64,000 nt of DNA, from NCBI GenBank assembly GCA_943787175.1, contig CALSLK010000003.1, positions 67,409 through 131,408 of the forward strand, given 5' to 3'. The position numbers and the translations under genes were made by a program. Below the pieces are notes generated by a model. The model was not told the DNA's origin and did no database searches. It saw nothing but the letters and a program-made list of their open reading frames with translations. Source of the DNA: an uncultured Alphaproteobacteria bacterium (lineage in GTDB: Bacteria; Pseudomonadota; Alphaproteobacteria; SP197). Shown in pieces: positions 52,129 to 61,990 of the stretch (its first letter is position 1; the number at the start of each line of letters is the position of its first letter).

Positions 52129-53482
52129 ATGGCCACGAAAACCCCGCAAAATGAGCAGGCTTTGGAGCAACAACGCCAGCAGGCGCGTGCGGCGGCGGCC
52201 AACGGTGATCATCAAACTGCATTGAAGTTGTTTCGTGCCGCTGTAGAAGCGGCATCTGGGGACTGGACCTGCCATGTTGATCTGGCGCGTGAATTGCGTT
52301 TGCTGGGATACCTGCAAGACACGATCAACAGTTTGAGGCAGGCGATTGCTCTGGCGCCCCGGCCAGATCGAGTTACGCTGTGAGCTCATCGATGTTCTGG
52401 GCAAACTCGGCCGTGAACGTGTGATTGCAGCCGAATGCGAAGAACTCCTCAAGCTGGTTCACAACCATCCCGGCGTTCTGCTCCAGGTTGCCCTGGCGTT
52501 CGAGGAGTCGGACCAGATCGACGCCAGCCTGATGGCCCTGCGGCGCCTGATCGCGTTGCAGCCCGACCATTTCGATGCCCTGCAACATTTGCGGCGGCTG
52601 CAGACCAAACGCATTCCGCCGTGGCATTTCGCCATGATGAATGATGAACCGCGCAACCGCGCCTATGAAGCAGCCCTGCGGCGGGCCGTTACTCCCGACA
52701 CCCACGTATTCGAAATCGGTACCGGTTCGAGCATTCTTTCCATGATGGCGGCAAGGGCCGGCGCAGCGCGCGTTACGACCTGTGAGGCCAATACCCAGAT
52801 CGCCGCGGTCGCGCAGCAGATCGTCAAGGACAACGGCTATGACGACATCATTACCGTCATTCCACGCCCCAGTTGGAAAATCGACGTTGAGAAAGACCTT
52901 GGCGGCAAGGCCGATCTTTTTGTTGCCGAGATCCTGAGCGATACCCTGCTTGACGAAGGTATCCTGCGCATCACCGACCAGGCACGCTGTGACTTGCTGA
53001 AGCCTGGCGCGCAGCTCATTCCCCACGGCGTGTCGGCAATGGCATGTCTGGTCGGGGGAGAAGCGCTAGCCTCCACCACGAAGGTTACGGAAGCGGCCGG
53101 TTTCAATCTGTCTGCGTTCAACCGCTATATTCCGGCCTCGCTGTCCATCAACTCCGATAGCCGTGAGCTCCTGACCCTGAGCGACGATATCGAAGTGTTC
53201 CGGTTCGACCTGGACCAGGAACTGCCCAAGCCCGAGCAGCGGGATATCACATGTCAGGCACGCGAGGACGGGCTATGCATCGGCGTCCTGCAATGGGTTC
53301 GCCTCTATATGGATGAAGAAACCATCTTCGAGAACCGACCGGCTGATCGGTTTGCGCCTTCGGCATGGCGTCAGCGCCTGTTTCCGTTTGCCGAGCCGAT
53401 CACCGTCAAAAAGGGTGAACAGGTCGATTTTCGCGCTTCGCACAACATCGCCAGCCTTGCTTTTGATCGGAGAGTGGTTTGA
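52129..53482 (+). pseudogene. TPR-repeat N-terminus fused to a class I SAM-dependent (protein arginine methyltransferase-like) methyltransferase, frame change at a C4/G run near 52350
   Basis: TPR-like N-terminus in frame 1. SAM motif I (VFEIGTGSSILSMMAARAGA) in frame 2. The overlap of 52346-52383 suggests a single-base indel. Confidence 0.55.
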
Positions 53483-54057
53483 GCGATGTCCGGCCACTGA
53501 TTCTGGCTTCCCAATCGCCGCGTCGCCTCGACTTGCTGGCCCAGATTGGCATCACACCGGATTCTGTTGTGCCTGCCGAGCTGGATGAATCACCGCTGAA
53601 AAACGAGGCGCCCGGTCAGCTTGCTCGACGCCTGGCACAGGCCAAGGCGCAAGCCGTCGCGGTAAGTCGCACCGATGCCGCGGTCATCGGCGCCGACACC
53701 GTGGTGGCCTGTGGCAGACGGATTCTCGCCAAACCCGCCGACGCTGCAGAGGCCAGACGGTTTCTGACATTGCTGTCGGGAAGGCGTCATGTCGTGCACG
53801 GCGGATTGTGTGTGATTGTGGATGGTCGTGCTCACGTGCGTCATGTCGCGACGCGCGTGGGCGTGAAGCGTCTGTCGGATCAGGAAATCGACTGGTACCT
53901 CGACAGCGGTGAATGGCATGGCAAGGCAGGCGGTTACGCCATCCAGGGCCGCGCCGCTGCCTTCGTGGACCTCGTCAACGGCTCCTACAGCAATGTCGTG
54001 GGCCTGCCGCTTCACGAGACCGCGCAACTGCTTGGCGGGCTGGGTCTGCTGCGATGA
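53479..54057 (+). CDS. maf: Maf-like nucleoside triphosphate pyrophosphatase (septum formation protein Maf)
   Basis: Maf-family motifs (LILASQSPRR, GADTVV, SNVVGLPL). Followed by an rng-like gene, as in the E. coli yhdE-rng order. Confidence 0.85.
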   Translation: MSDVRPLILASQSPRRLDLLAQIGITPDSVVPAELDESPLKNEAPGQLARRLAQAKAQAVAVSRTDAAVIGADTVVACGRRILAKPADAAEARRFLTLLSGRRHVVHGGLCVIVDGRAHVRHVATRVGVKRLSDQEIDWYLDSGEWHGKAGGYAIQGRAAAFVDLVNGSYSNVVGLPLHETAQLLGGLGLLR

Positions 54058-55194
54058 GCGTCGATGCCATTCTTGCCGAGACGACCCCGCGTGCCATGCG
54101 CATTGCCCTGATGGAAGGCGATCGGCTTGTATCACTGCATGTTGATCGGCCAGGTAAGGGCCACAGACGAGATGACGTCTTTGCCGGCAGGGTTACACGG
54201 GTCGTGCCAGGCCTGAATGCGGCCTTTGTCGATCTTGGTGAAGGTGTGACGGGATTTCTGCGTGCCCGGGAAGCCGATGTTGATGGCTCCGGTCTGGGAA
54301 TCGCCAAACTGGTGCAGGAAGGCGGCAAGGTCACCGTTGCGATCAAGACCGATGCCCATGATGAAAAAGGCCCCGTCCTGACCCGCAAGTTCAAGGATTC
54401 TGACGGCGTGATTTCGGCTGCAGGTGTGCGGGCACAGCCGCCGCGCCTTATCAGCCGGTCCGAACAGATGCTGGTGCATCTGGCTGGGCTCTGGCCACAG
54501 GCCCGTGTCGTGGCAGACAGCCCCGCTGACCTGGTGGCGCTACGGCGCATCGAACGGGCTGGGGCGGTAACCCTGCATCAGGGCATGCAATCGTTGTTTG
54601 AAGGCGCTGGCGTCGAAGATCAGCTTGAAGAAGCGCTTGCGCCGGAGGTTCGGTTGCATTCGGGTTCCGTTTTGCGGTTTTGAACCGACCCGCACCCTGG
54701 CTGCCATTGATGTCGACAGCGCCGGGGCCAGTGAATCTGCCGGCGATGCTGTTGCCATCAATCTGGAAGCCGTGCCGGTGCTGGCCCGCCAGATCCGCTT
54801 GCGCAATCTGGGCGGTCTGATTGTCATCGACTTTCTCAAGATGCAGGACGCTTCAGCAGGCAAACGCCTGATGGGGAATCTGAGCGAGCACCTCGTGTCT
54901 GATCCCGCTGAAACGGCGCTGGATGGCCCTTCGCGTTTCGGCCTTGTGGAGATTGCCCGCCAGCGAGCCGGACCGACTCTGGCCCAGTCAACGGGAACGC
55001 CTGTTGTGGCGGCAACCGAGCGACTGATCCGTCGCTTGCGTCAGGAGTCACGTGCGCAGGGCGGGGCAGCGCTCGAGATCAGGGCGTCACCAGACGTTGC
55101 TGCTGCATTTCAGGGCGATGACGGCGGCGCATCCATTGCGCGCTGGTTGGGAAGGCGCCTGGATCTGATTGCTGAACCGGGTCCGTTCGTATGA
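54054..55194 (+). pseudogene. rng: Ribonuclease E/G family protein (RNase G-like), frame change near 54600-54680
   Basis: S1 domain plus RNase E/G catalytic-region similarity (AIDVDSAG..., GLIVIDF). The N-terminal 210 aa and C-terminal 198 aa are in different frames. Confidence 0.65.
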
Positions 55195-55262
55195 CGGGTT
55201 TGACATCATGGCCGCTCTGTAGTTTTCAGTTACATGGATGATCGCTGAGAAGAGACCGGAAC

Positions 55263-55547
55263 GTGGCAACAAAATCCTCCAGGCAGGGCAAACCCTGCCC
55301 GATCTGTGGAGAGGCGGTTTCTCCCCGCTACAAGCCTTTTTGCTCGGATCGCTGCAGAATGCGCGATCTTGCCCACTGGATCGGTGGCGATGAGCCCTAT
55401 GTCATTGCCGGGCCGTCCATTGGCACCCGAGGGCATGGAGATGAGCGAGGAAGACCTTGCGATCCTGACCGAGGAACTGGGAGAAAGCGTGCTGCCTGGC
55501 GGCAACGTCATCCGCCCCGACTTTGGCCAACGCAAACGCCGCAGTGA
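55263..55547 (+). CDS. yacG: DNA gyrase inhibitor YacG-like zinc-finger protein
   Basis: CPICG...PFCSDRC...DL..W zinc ribbon. The C-terminus is longer than usual and an acidic tail lies in another frame (55306-55566), so there may be another indel. Confidence 0.45.
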   Translation: MATKSSRQGKPCPICGEAVSPRYKPFCSDRCRMRDLAHWIGGDEPYVIAGPSIGTRGHGDERGRPCDPDRGTGRKRAAWRQRHPPRLWPTQTPQ

Positions 55548-55633
55548 TGAAGACAGCGATCCTTGAGACCGTTGTTCGGGGTGCTGGACAAGCACCCGCG
55601 AATTCCTAAACAAGCCGCGCTGTTATGGCATGT

Positions 55634-55671
55634 GCCCGGGTAGCTCAGTTGGTAGAGCAGCGGATTGAAAA
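55634..55671 (+). repeat. Partial copy of the tRNA-Phe 5' half (positions 1-38), a putative att junction of an integrated element
   Basis: 38 nt identical to the 5' half of the intact tRNA-Phe at 58733-58808, diverging exactly after the anticodon loop. Confidence 0.7.
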
Positions 55672-55804
55672 CCCGATTTAGGGCAATTTCGTACATATAC
55701 ATAGCTGACCATTTCTACCGCTAATCGGTTGATATAGCGTAATGATTCTGGACATGGCGATACTCTCCAGCACATGCAATTGATGTGACTATGAGGAGAC
55801 TAAG

Positions 55805-56341
55805 ATGCCACCGCTCGCGCTCACCGACCTATCGGTGAAGGGCCTGTCCGCACCCGAGGCGGGACAGAAAACCTATTGGGATTCGACGCTCAAGGGCTTT
55901 GGTGCTCGTGTCTCTCAAGGGGGCACCAAAAGCTTCGTCGTTATGCACGGGCGCAACCGCGAACTCACGACTTTGGGGCGATATCCCACAATCCGGTTGA
56001 AGGATGCACGAAGCGCGGCGAAAACCGTTCTGGCGGAAAGAGCGTTAGGGAAACATCGGTCCACAGCAGTCAAATTTTCTGACGCTCTGGATCGTTTTCT
56101 AAAGGAGAAAGAACGCACCGTTCGCTCAAAGACGTACCGCGACTACAAGCGACTTCTCGAACTCCATTGGAAGCCAAGGTTCGGTCTGCTCGATCTTGAA
56201 GTACACCCTAATTCCCTAGACCGTGATCTGGCCGAAGTCGTGTTCGCGGCGAGTGTCGTTGTGCGTAAGATGAACCGGGCACATTGCAGTGAGGTGGAAT
56301 ACCTCGCGTTTCCGTTCCGCGCAGGGTGTGGATCAAGCTGA
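55805..56341 (+). pseudogene. Truncated P4-type tyrosine integrase (arm-binding DUF4102 N-terminus only)
   Basis: N-terminus LTDLSVKGLSAPEAGQKTYWDSTLKGFGARVSQGGTKSFVV is typical of the arm-binding domain of tRNA-associated integrases. Only 178 aa, and the catalytic domain is absent. Confidence 0.7.
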
Positions 56342-56713
56342 CAGGTGAGATGCGCTGCGCGTCTGCAACAAGCCATAAATGAGCAGAACCTTTCAAAGCC
56401 GGAGAGACTGGGGAATTCCGCCCCTCTCTGTTCCGGCCAGGGGGTTTGCTGTGGAGAGAGATGCGAACCGGTGTTCGGCGCCTCAGTAAAACAATCTTCG
56501 ACAATGTGAGAGTGCCGCTCTGAGCCTAGGTCAACCCCACTATCACCACCTACATTAATGCCCGATACGCCGACCCAAAACCATGTTCGCAAGGCTAGAT
56601 CAAGGTAACCATTGTCTGCCGTCAGCGCCTTTGGGACAGATTGAGTGGTTTTCATAAGGGAGTTTTCTGGCTCATCGTAGTGACCGTAGGGAACGAAGAT
56701 GAGGCAGAAAACC

Positions 56714-57073
56714 ATGAGCAAGAGCGACCCGGCAGAACAGGCCATCCGCGACATTCGGCGCAAGACGCGCAAGCGTTATTCGGCTGAGGAGAAGATCCGG
56801 ATTGTGTTATCGGGCCTGCGCGGCGAGGAGAGCATCGCGGCTTTATGTCGCCATGAAGGCATCGCCGAGGGTCTTTATTACAGTTGGTCCAAGGAGTTCC
56901 TGGAGGCTGGCAAGAAGCGCCTTGCCGGCGACACGGCGCGTCAGGCCAGCAGTCCCGAGGTTAAGACACTGCGTGTCGAAGCCCGCGATCTCAAGGAGGC
57001 GCTGGCCGAACAGATACTGGAGAACCGGTTACTCAAAAAAAGCATGATCGGGGATGGGGGAGACGAGGAATGA
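56714..57073 (+). CDS. IS3-family transposase OrfA (HTH plus leucine zipper)
   Basis: IS3 OrfA-like sequence RYSAEEKIRIVLSGLRGEESIAALCRHEGIAEGLYYSWSKEFLEAGKKRL. Confidence 0.8.
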   Translation: MSKSDPAEQAIRDIRRKTRKRYSAEEKIRIVLSGLRGEESIAALCRHEGIAEGLYYSWSKEFLEAGKKRLAGDTARQASSPEVKTLRVEARDLKEALAEQILENRLLKKSMIGDGGDEE

Positions 57074-58044
57074 GATATCCCGCATCTGAGAAACTGGAAA
57101 TCATCAGGCTGGTCGAAGGCTCTCATCTACCGGTCCGGCGGACGTTGGATAAGCTGGGCATCCCGAGCACGACGTTTTACCGGTGGTACGACCGGTATCG
57201 AGGTGGAGGCGGCCTTGATGACCGCACCAGTGGCCCCGGTCGGGTGTGGAACCGCATCCCCGACGATGTGCGCCAGCAGATCGTGGAGATGGCCCTGGAT
57301 GAGCCGGAACTATCGTCCAGGGAACTGGCCGTGAGGTTCACTGACACGAGACGCTATTTTGTCTCAGAAGCGTCTGTCTACCGGCTGCTCAAGGCCCACG
57401 ACCTGATCACCAGCCCGGCCTTCATCGTCATCAAGGCAGCGAATGAGTTCAAGGACAAGACCTCAGCTCCGAACCAGCTCTGGCAGACCGACTTCACCTA
57501 CTTCAAGGTCATCGGATGGGGATGGTTCTATCTGTCGACCATTCTCGACGACTACTCGCGCTACATCATCGCCTGGAAGCTGTGCACCACCATGAAGGCG
57601 GGCGATGTGACCCAGACACTGGAACTCGCGTTGGAAGCATCAGGCTGCGACCAGGCCGAGGTCATCCATAAACCCCGGCTGCTCAGCGATAATGGTTCGT
57701 CCTATATATCCGGCGATCTGGCCGAATGGCTTGAAGGCCAGGGTATGGAGCACGTTCGCGGTGCACCCTATCACCCGCAGACCCAGGGTAAGATCGAGCG
57801 TTGGCATCAGACGCTCAAGAACCGGATCTTGCTGGAAAACTACTATCTGCAGGGCGATCTCGAAAACCAGATCGGCACCTTCGTGGATTATTACAACAAC
57901 CATCGCTACCACGAGAGCATTGGCAACGTCACACCATCGGATGCTTACTTCGGGCGCCACACAGCCATCATCGAAAAGAGGGAAAAGATCAAAAAACTCA
58001 CCATCCAAACCCGCCGCTTGAACCATCAACAACAAGCGGCTTAA
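57070..58044 (+). CDS. IS3-family transposase OrfB (DDE rve integrase core)
   Basis: DDE region: WQTDFTYF, LSDNGSSY, YHPQTQGKIERWHQTLK. Confidence 0.85.
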   Translation: MRYPASEKLEIIRLVEGSHLPVRRTLDKLGIPSTTFYRWYDRYRGGGGLDDRTSGPGRVWNRIPDDVRQQIVEMALDEPELSSRELAVRFTDTRRYFVSEASVYRLLKAHDLITSPAFIVIKAANEFKDKTSAPNQLWQTDFTYFKVIGWGWFYLSTILDDYSRYIIAWKLCTTMKAGDVTQTLELALEASGCDQAEVIHKPRLLSDNGSSYISGDLAEWLEGQGMEHVRGAPYHPQTQGKIERWHQTLKNRILLENYYLQGDLENQIGTFVDYYNNHRYHESIGNVTPSDAYFGRHTAIIEKREKIKKLTIQTRRLNHQQQAA

Positions 58045-58073
58045 CATCAAATCAAGATGAGCCAGATACTCAA

Positions 58074-58421
58074 TTAGAAAACGAGCTCACGCGTCCCAAA
58101 TGTTCTGACGACGGACAGGGCGACCATCGGATAGTCGGACGGCAATTCCCATTTGTCGCAGTACTCCTTTGGCGTCAGATTGTGCTCGGAATACAGATGC
58201 CGTTTGAGTGTCTTGAACTGCTTGCCGTCCTCCAGGCACACCAGATAGTCCGGCCTCACGGACTTCTTGATGGAGACAGCGGGCACCTGATCCTTGGCAG
58301 TTGTTGTATTGTCATCTGCCGAGATCTGGTCGAGTGACTGGAAATTGGCCTGCATGAACTCGGGAAGTGTCTCTGCAGACATCTGATTGTTGGCGCCGAA
58401 GGCAGCGACGATCTTTGTCAT
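58074..58421 (-). CDS. MucR/Ros-family zinc-finger transcriptional regulator; the C-terminus is probably altered by the IS insertion
   Basis: Ros/MucR C2H2-like motif (VCLEDGKQFKTLKRHLYSEHNLTPKEYCDKWELPSDYPMVA). The sequence after PMVA does not follow the family pattern and its last codons lie within the IS right inverted repeat. Confidence 0.7.
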   Translation of the reverse strand: MTKIVAAFGANNQMSAETLPEFMQANFQSLDQISADDNTTTAKDQVPAVSIKKSVRPDYLVCLEDGKQFKTLKRHLYSEHNLTPKEYCDKWELPSDYPMVALSVVRTFGTRELVF

Positions 58422-58732
58422 GCATAGGAGTAGCTCTTGGCGCGTTCGGCTCCGCTGAGCCAGCATCTTAGCCTCTTTTCAAATGTGACTAAGGCGATTT
58501 CTGGAATCCGGTGTCTGCTCTGATGGGATGGGATTCCATCTGGATTGGGAACATGAGCCAGATCGTCCAAATTGCTTGCAAACTTGGGCTCGATCCTCTT
58601 TTCGTTTCAGTAACGATGTGTTAGCAAACCGCTCCCGTCGAGGGAGTTAGCCACATGCCGAGTCAAATCATGTGACTATGAAGTGACTAAGAAATTGTTG
58701 ATATCTTCTAAGTGGTTGATTTTAAACAGTTT

Positions 58733-58808
58733 GCCCGGGTAGCTCAGTTGGTAGAGCAGCGGATTGAAAATCCGCGTGTCGGTGGTTCAAATCCGCCCCC
58801 GGGCACCA
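58733..58808 (+). tRNA. tRNA-Phe (anticodon GAA)
   Basis: GCCCGGGTAGCTCAGTTGGTAGAGCAGCGGATTGAAAATCCGCGTGTCGGTGGTTCAAATCCGCCCCCGGGCACCA. Forms a cloverleaf with anticodon loop TTGAAAA and an encoded CCA. Confidence 0.9.
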
Positions 58809-59017
58809 CTTCCCCCCAGTTCGCATTGATGGCGTCCGAAACGTATTGGTATCGCGTGATAACCGTCCTTACGAGTCATCGGCCCGCTTGCGCTGTGTGG
58901 ACTATAAGACCGTTGCAGAAATGCTGATCTTCACCCCGGCCCTATCGGTCGTCCGATTCCGCTGCCATGGTGGTGAGCGCTTTATCCTCAACCAGCCGCA
59001 CATGGAGGCGGCAGATC

Positions 59018-59407
59018 ATGAAACATGTTCCCGGACTGTCGCTTGCCGCAATCCTGATCCTTGCTGCTACGTCCTGGGTGCAGGCCCAAGAGCTGATGGC
59101 TGAGTTCCATGATCGTGACGTTGAGGTCCATAATTACTCGGATTACAGCATGGACACGCTCACGGCCACGCCGAGTTCAGGCCAGACCGAGTCTGTCAAC
59201 CTGTTGCACTTTGCACTACCAGGCAACCAAGGCGTCGAAGTCTTCATCAGCAATACCGAGCCCGAAACTTGCGAATTTGACCTTCGTGCATCCTTCTCTG
59301 ACGGCAGCCACCAATGCAGGAAAGCTGTCGATCTGTGCTGGACTGAAAGGGTCACGTTCTTTGATCTGAACACGGATGAATTGGAAGCTGAATTTGCCTG
59401 CGACTAG
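59018..59407 (+). CDS. Secreted hypothetical protein
   Basis: Signal peptide (MKHVPGLSLAAILILAATSWVQAQ) and four Cys residues. No recognisable family. Confidence 0.4.
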   Translation: MKHVPGLSLAAILILAATSWVQAQELMAEFHDRDVEVHNYSDYSMDTLTATPSSGQTESVNLLHFALPGNQGVEVFISNTEPETCEFDLRASFSDGSHQCRKAVDLCWTERVTFFDLNTDELEAEFACD

Positions 59408-59530
59408 CGTTGGGTGTCTGTTGCATAGTGTCGAGATCAAATCAACGATTAACGCACTCAAACCACTAGGCTGACGTCGGCACCAACGCTCCCCCTGCGG
59501 GCTCTGCGTCACGCTGATTGACTTACCCGC

Positions 59531-60496
59531 ATGGTGAACGACAAGATTGGCACTATGACGAACAGCATGGTGGGCCAGGACGCGATGACTTCCCTGATAT
59601 CGACCGACGATTCCTACAGGATCAGCCCGCCCAGCAGCGCTGATGGTGTGATGCCGCCGGCTTATGATGTCGAGGGCGGAAGATCGGTGTCGGAAGCTGC
59701 GGTCGAACAGTTCGAGAGCGATGGCGTGATCTGTCTGCGCAACGTGATCGATGAAAGAACAATCGACCTGCTGCGCGCAGAAGCTGACGATGCCGTTGCC
59801 AATCCCAGCGAAGACGCCAGGTTTGTGCGCACGCCAGGTAATGACGCGATCTTCTATTACGAGTTTAACTTGTGGCGTCGCCATGCCGAGCTCAGGAGAG
59901 TCCTCCACGAGAGTCCGATTGCTGATCTGGGTGCTGCCCTGATGCGCTCAAACGGCGTGGCGTTGCATTATACCAACACGTTCGTGAAAGATGCCGGTGC
60001 ATCCGACAAGCCCACGCCCTGGCATGAGGATGCCTCCTATCATCGCATGATGGGCAGCAACGCCCTGGCGATGTTCCTGGCCTATGACCACATGCCGGCC
60101 GAGACGACGCTTAAATACAAGCAGGCGTCGCACCTGAAGGACGATCCGATCTATATGGCATCAACCTTCCTGAAAGGAGAGGAGTATGGGGAATGGATGG
60201 AAGACCATGTTCCCATGCCGCCCCAGGCCGAACTGGATGCACGGTTCCGCACGATCTATTGGGAAGTCGACCCTGGCGACGTGCTCGTGTTCACGCAACG
60301 CACCTTGCACGCAGGGCCGCCCAACACACTACCAACACGCCGCCATGCCACGTCGTTCAACATGATCGGTGATGGCATCCGCTATGACGGCAGGCCCGGG
60401 CCCGTGGATGCGCCGGGCGGGCTTGATCCAAAGCTCGAGCATGGTGCCATTCCGGTTTCGGATGCCTATCCGATTCTGCGAGGCAAGCTCAGCTAA
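59531..60496 (+). CDS. PhyH-family Fe(II)/2OG dioxygenase, paralog 2
   Basis: HxD (TPWHEDASY) and distal His (RTLHAGPPN). N-terminal FESDGVICLRNVIDERTIDLL resembles that of the paralog at 61991. Confidence 0.75.
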   Translation: MVNDKIGTMTNSMVGQDAMTSLISTDDSYRISPPSSADGVMPPAYDVEGGRSVSEAAVEQFESDGVICLRNVIDERTIDLLRAEADDAVANPSEDARFVRTPGNDAIFYYEFNLWRRHAELRRVLHESPIADLGAALMRSNGVALHYTNTFVKDAGASDKPTPWHEDASYHRMMGSNALAMFLAYDHMPAETTLKYKQASHLKDDPIYMASTFLKGEEYGEWMEDHVPMPPQAELDARFRTIYWEVDPGDVLVFTQRTLHAGPPNTLPTRRHATSFNMIGDGIRYDGRPGPVDAPGGLDPKLEHGAIPVSDAYPILRGKLS

Positions 60497-60502
60497 CCGG
60501 GC

Positions 60503-61216
60503 TCACCAGGCAAGTGGCGCGCGGTCCCGGAAAAACCCTCCGGTGGGACCGCCGTCGGGCAGGGTTGCCAGATAGATCGCCGTATCGGCCCCTTCTTCGG
60601 GTGTTCGGTCGGGTACGCTGCCGCTGGGATCCCAGGGCGCGCTGTCCTCACCCATGCGCGTCTGCACCCAGCCTGGGCAAAGCGCATTGATCAGGATCTC
60701 GGGGCCGGCTTCGCGTGCCAGATGCACGGTCATTGCGTTCAGTGCGGCCTTGGTGATGGCATAGGACGGCGTGCCTTCAAGACCCTCGGCGAAGGAGCCC
60801 CAGGCCGAAGAGACGTTGACCACCCGACCCCAGCCGCGCTCCATCATGTCGGGCACGAAGGCTCGGGCCGTATTGAGCGGCCCCAGAAAGTTGATGGCAA
60901 TTGACTGGCCCATGGGGTCAGGATCCCTGAGCAGAGAGCCTGGCACAAAGACCCCGGCATTGTTCACCAGCACATCCACCGCGATGCCCCGGGCCTTGAG
61001 TTCCTTGGCGCAATGCAGGGCAGATTGCGGGTCGGCGACATCCAGAACGACTGAGGTGGCATCAAATCCTTCGCCTTTGAGGACATCTGCCGCTTTGAGG
61101 CCGAGAGCTTCGTCGCGGGCAGCCAGAATGATGCGATGACCGGAAAGTGCCAGGCCCCTGCAGATGGCAAAACCAATGCCACGGTTGCCGCCGGTAACCA
61201 GAGCCGTGCGCATCAT
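60503..61216 (-). CDS. SDR family oxidoreductase
   Basis: TGGNRGIG cofactor motif, NNAG, and a catalytic YxxxK (YAITKAALN). Confidence 0.85.
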   Translation of the reverse strand: MMRTALVTGGNRGIGFAICRGLALSGHRIILAARDEALGLKAADVLKGEGFDATSVVLDVADPQSALHCAKELKARGIAVDVLVNNAGVFVPGSLLRDPDPMGQSIAINFLGPLNTARAFVPDMMERGWGRVVNVSSAWGSFAEGLEGTPSYAITKAALNAMTVHLAREAGPEILINALCPGWVQTRMGEDSAPWDPSGSVPDRTPEEGADTAIYLATLPDGGPTGGFFRDRAPLAW

Positions 61217-61372
61217 GCCTCTCCCTTCAGGTTCACAATCGGGACCAGTGTGCCCAATTGCCGGGTCGTCTGCCAGCCCGGCAGATTGTCAGTCCATCAC
61301 CATGGCCACCAACGTCTTTGGCGTTATGATTGTTGTCCGGTTATCACCAGTATCATCACCAAGAGAGAGCCA

Positions 61373-61972
61373 ATGACCCTGACGGTTTACGAAGTTTCAT
61401 CGACCCGCTCGGACCGGGTGCTCTGGGCCTTGCAGGAACTGGGTGTGGATTATGAAAGCCGCAACGATCGCAGCCTGTTCGGCTCCGATGAACTCAAAGC
61501 CGTGCATCCGCAAGGCAAGCTGCCCGCGATCACGGATGATGGCAGGCCTCTGTTTGAATCGGCTGCGATCTGCACCTGGCTTGCCGACAAACATGCCGAC
61601 AAGGGACTGAGTTTTGCCTCAGGAACCTGGGAGAGGGCCCTGCATGACCAGTGGACCGCCTTTGTCCTGTCGGAGCTTGAAGCGCATTTATGGATCCATG
61701 CCCGCAATGCCATCATCTATGAGAAAGAAGATCGCCTGGAAGCAGTTTTCGTGCAGGCAGACAAGGAAGCCGTGGCAAGTCTTGCGGTGCTTGATACGCA
61801 TCTCTCGGCCAACGACTACATGGTCGCTGGCCATTTTTCCGTCACGGACATTATCACGGGGTTTGCCACGAATTGGGCCCAAAGCACCGGACTCACCAGC
61901 AATGCTCCCCATGTCGAAGCCTACAATGCGCGCCTGCGCGAGCGCTCGCATTGCCCTCTTGATAACGCCTGA
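61373..61972 (+). CDS. Glutathione S-transferase family protein
   Basis: Thioredoxin-like N-terminal domain (LTVYEVSSTRSDRVLWALQELGV..., KLPAITDDGRPLFESAAICTWL) followed by a helical C-terminal domain. Confidence 0.7.
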   Translation: MTLTVYEVSSTRSDRVLWALQELGVDYESRNDRSLFGSDELKAVHPQGKLPAITDDGRPLFESAAICTWLADKHADKGLSFASGTWERALHDQWTAFVLSELEAHLWIHARNAIIYEKEDRLEAVFVQADKEAVASLAVLDTHLSANDYMVAGHFSVTDIITGFATNWAQSTGLTSNAPHVEAYNARLRERSHCPLDNA

Positions 61973-61990
61973 CGCGAGCCTGACGGCAAT

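Larger units (their letters stand above)
56642..58089 (+). mobile_element. IS3-family insertion sequence (about 1.45 kb) with imperfect terminal inverted repeats of about 35 bp
   Basis: Left end TGAGTGGTTTTCATAAGGGAGTTTTCTGGCTCATC. Right end, reverse-complemented, TGAGCTCGTTTTCTAATTGAGTATCTGGCTCATC. OrfA and OrfB overlap in a -1 frame relationship with an A7 slippery run at 57035-57041. Confidence 0.8.
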
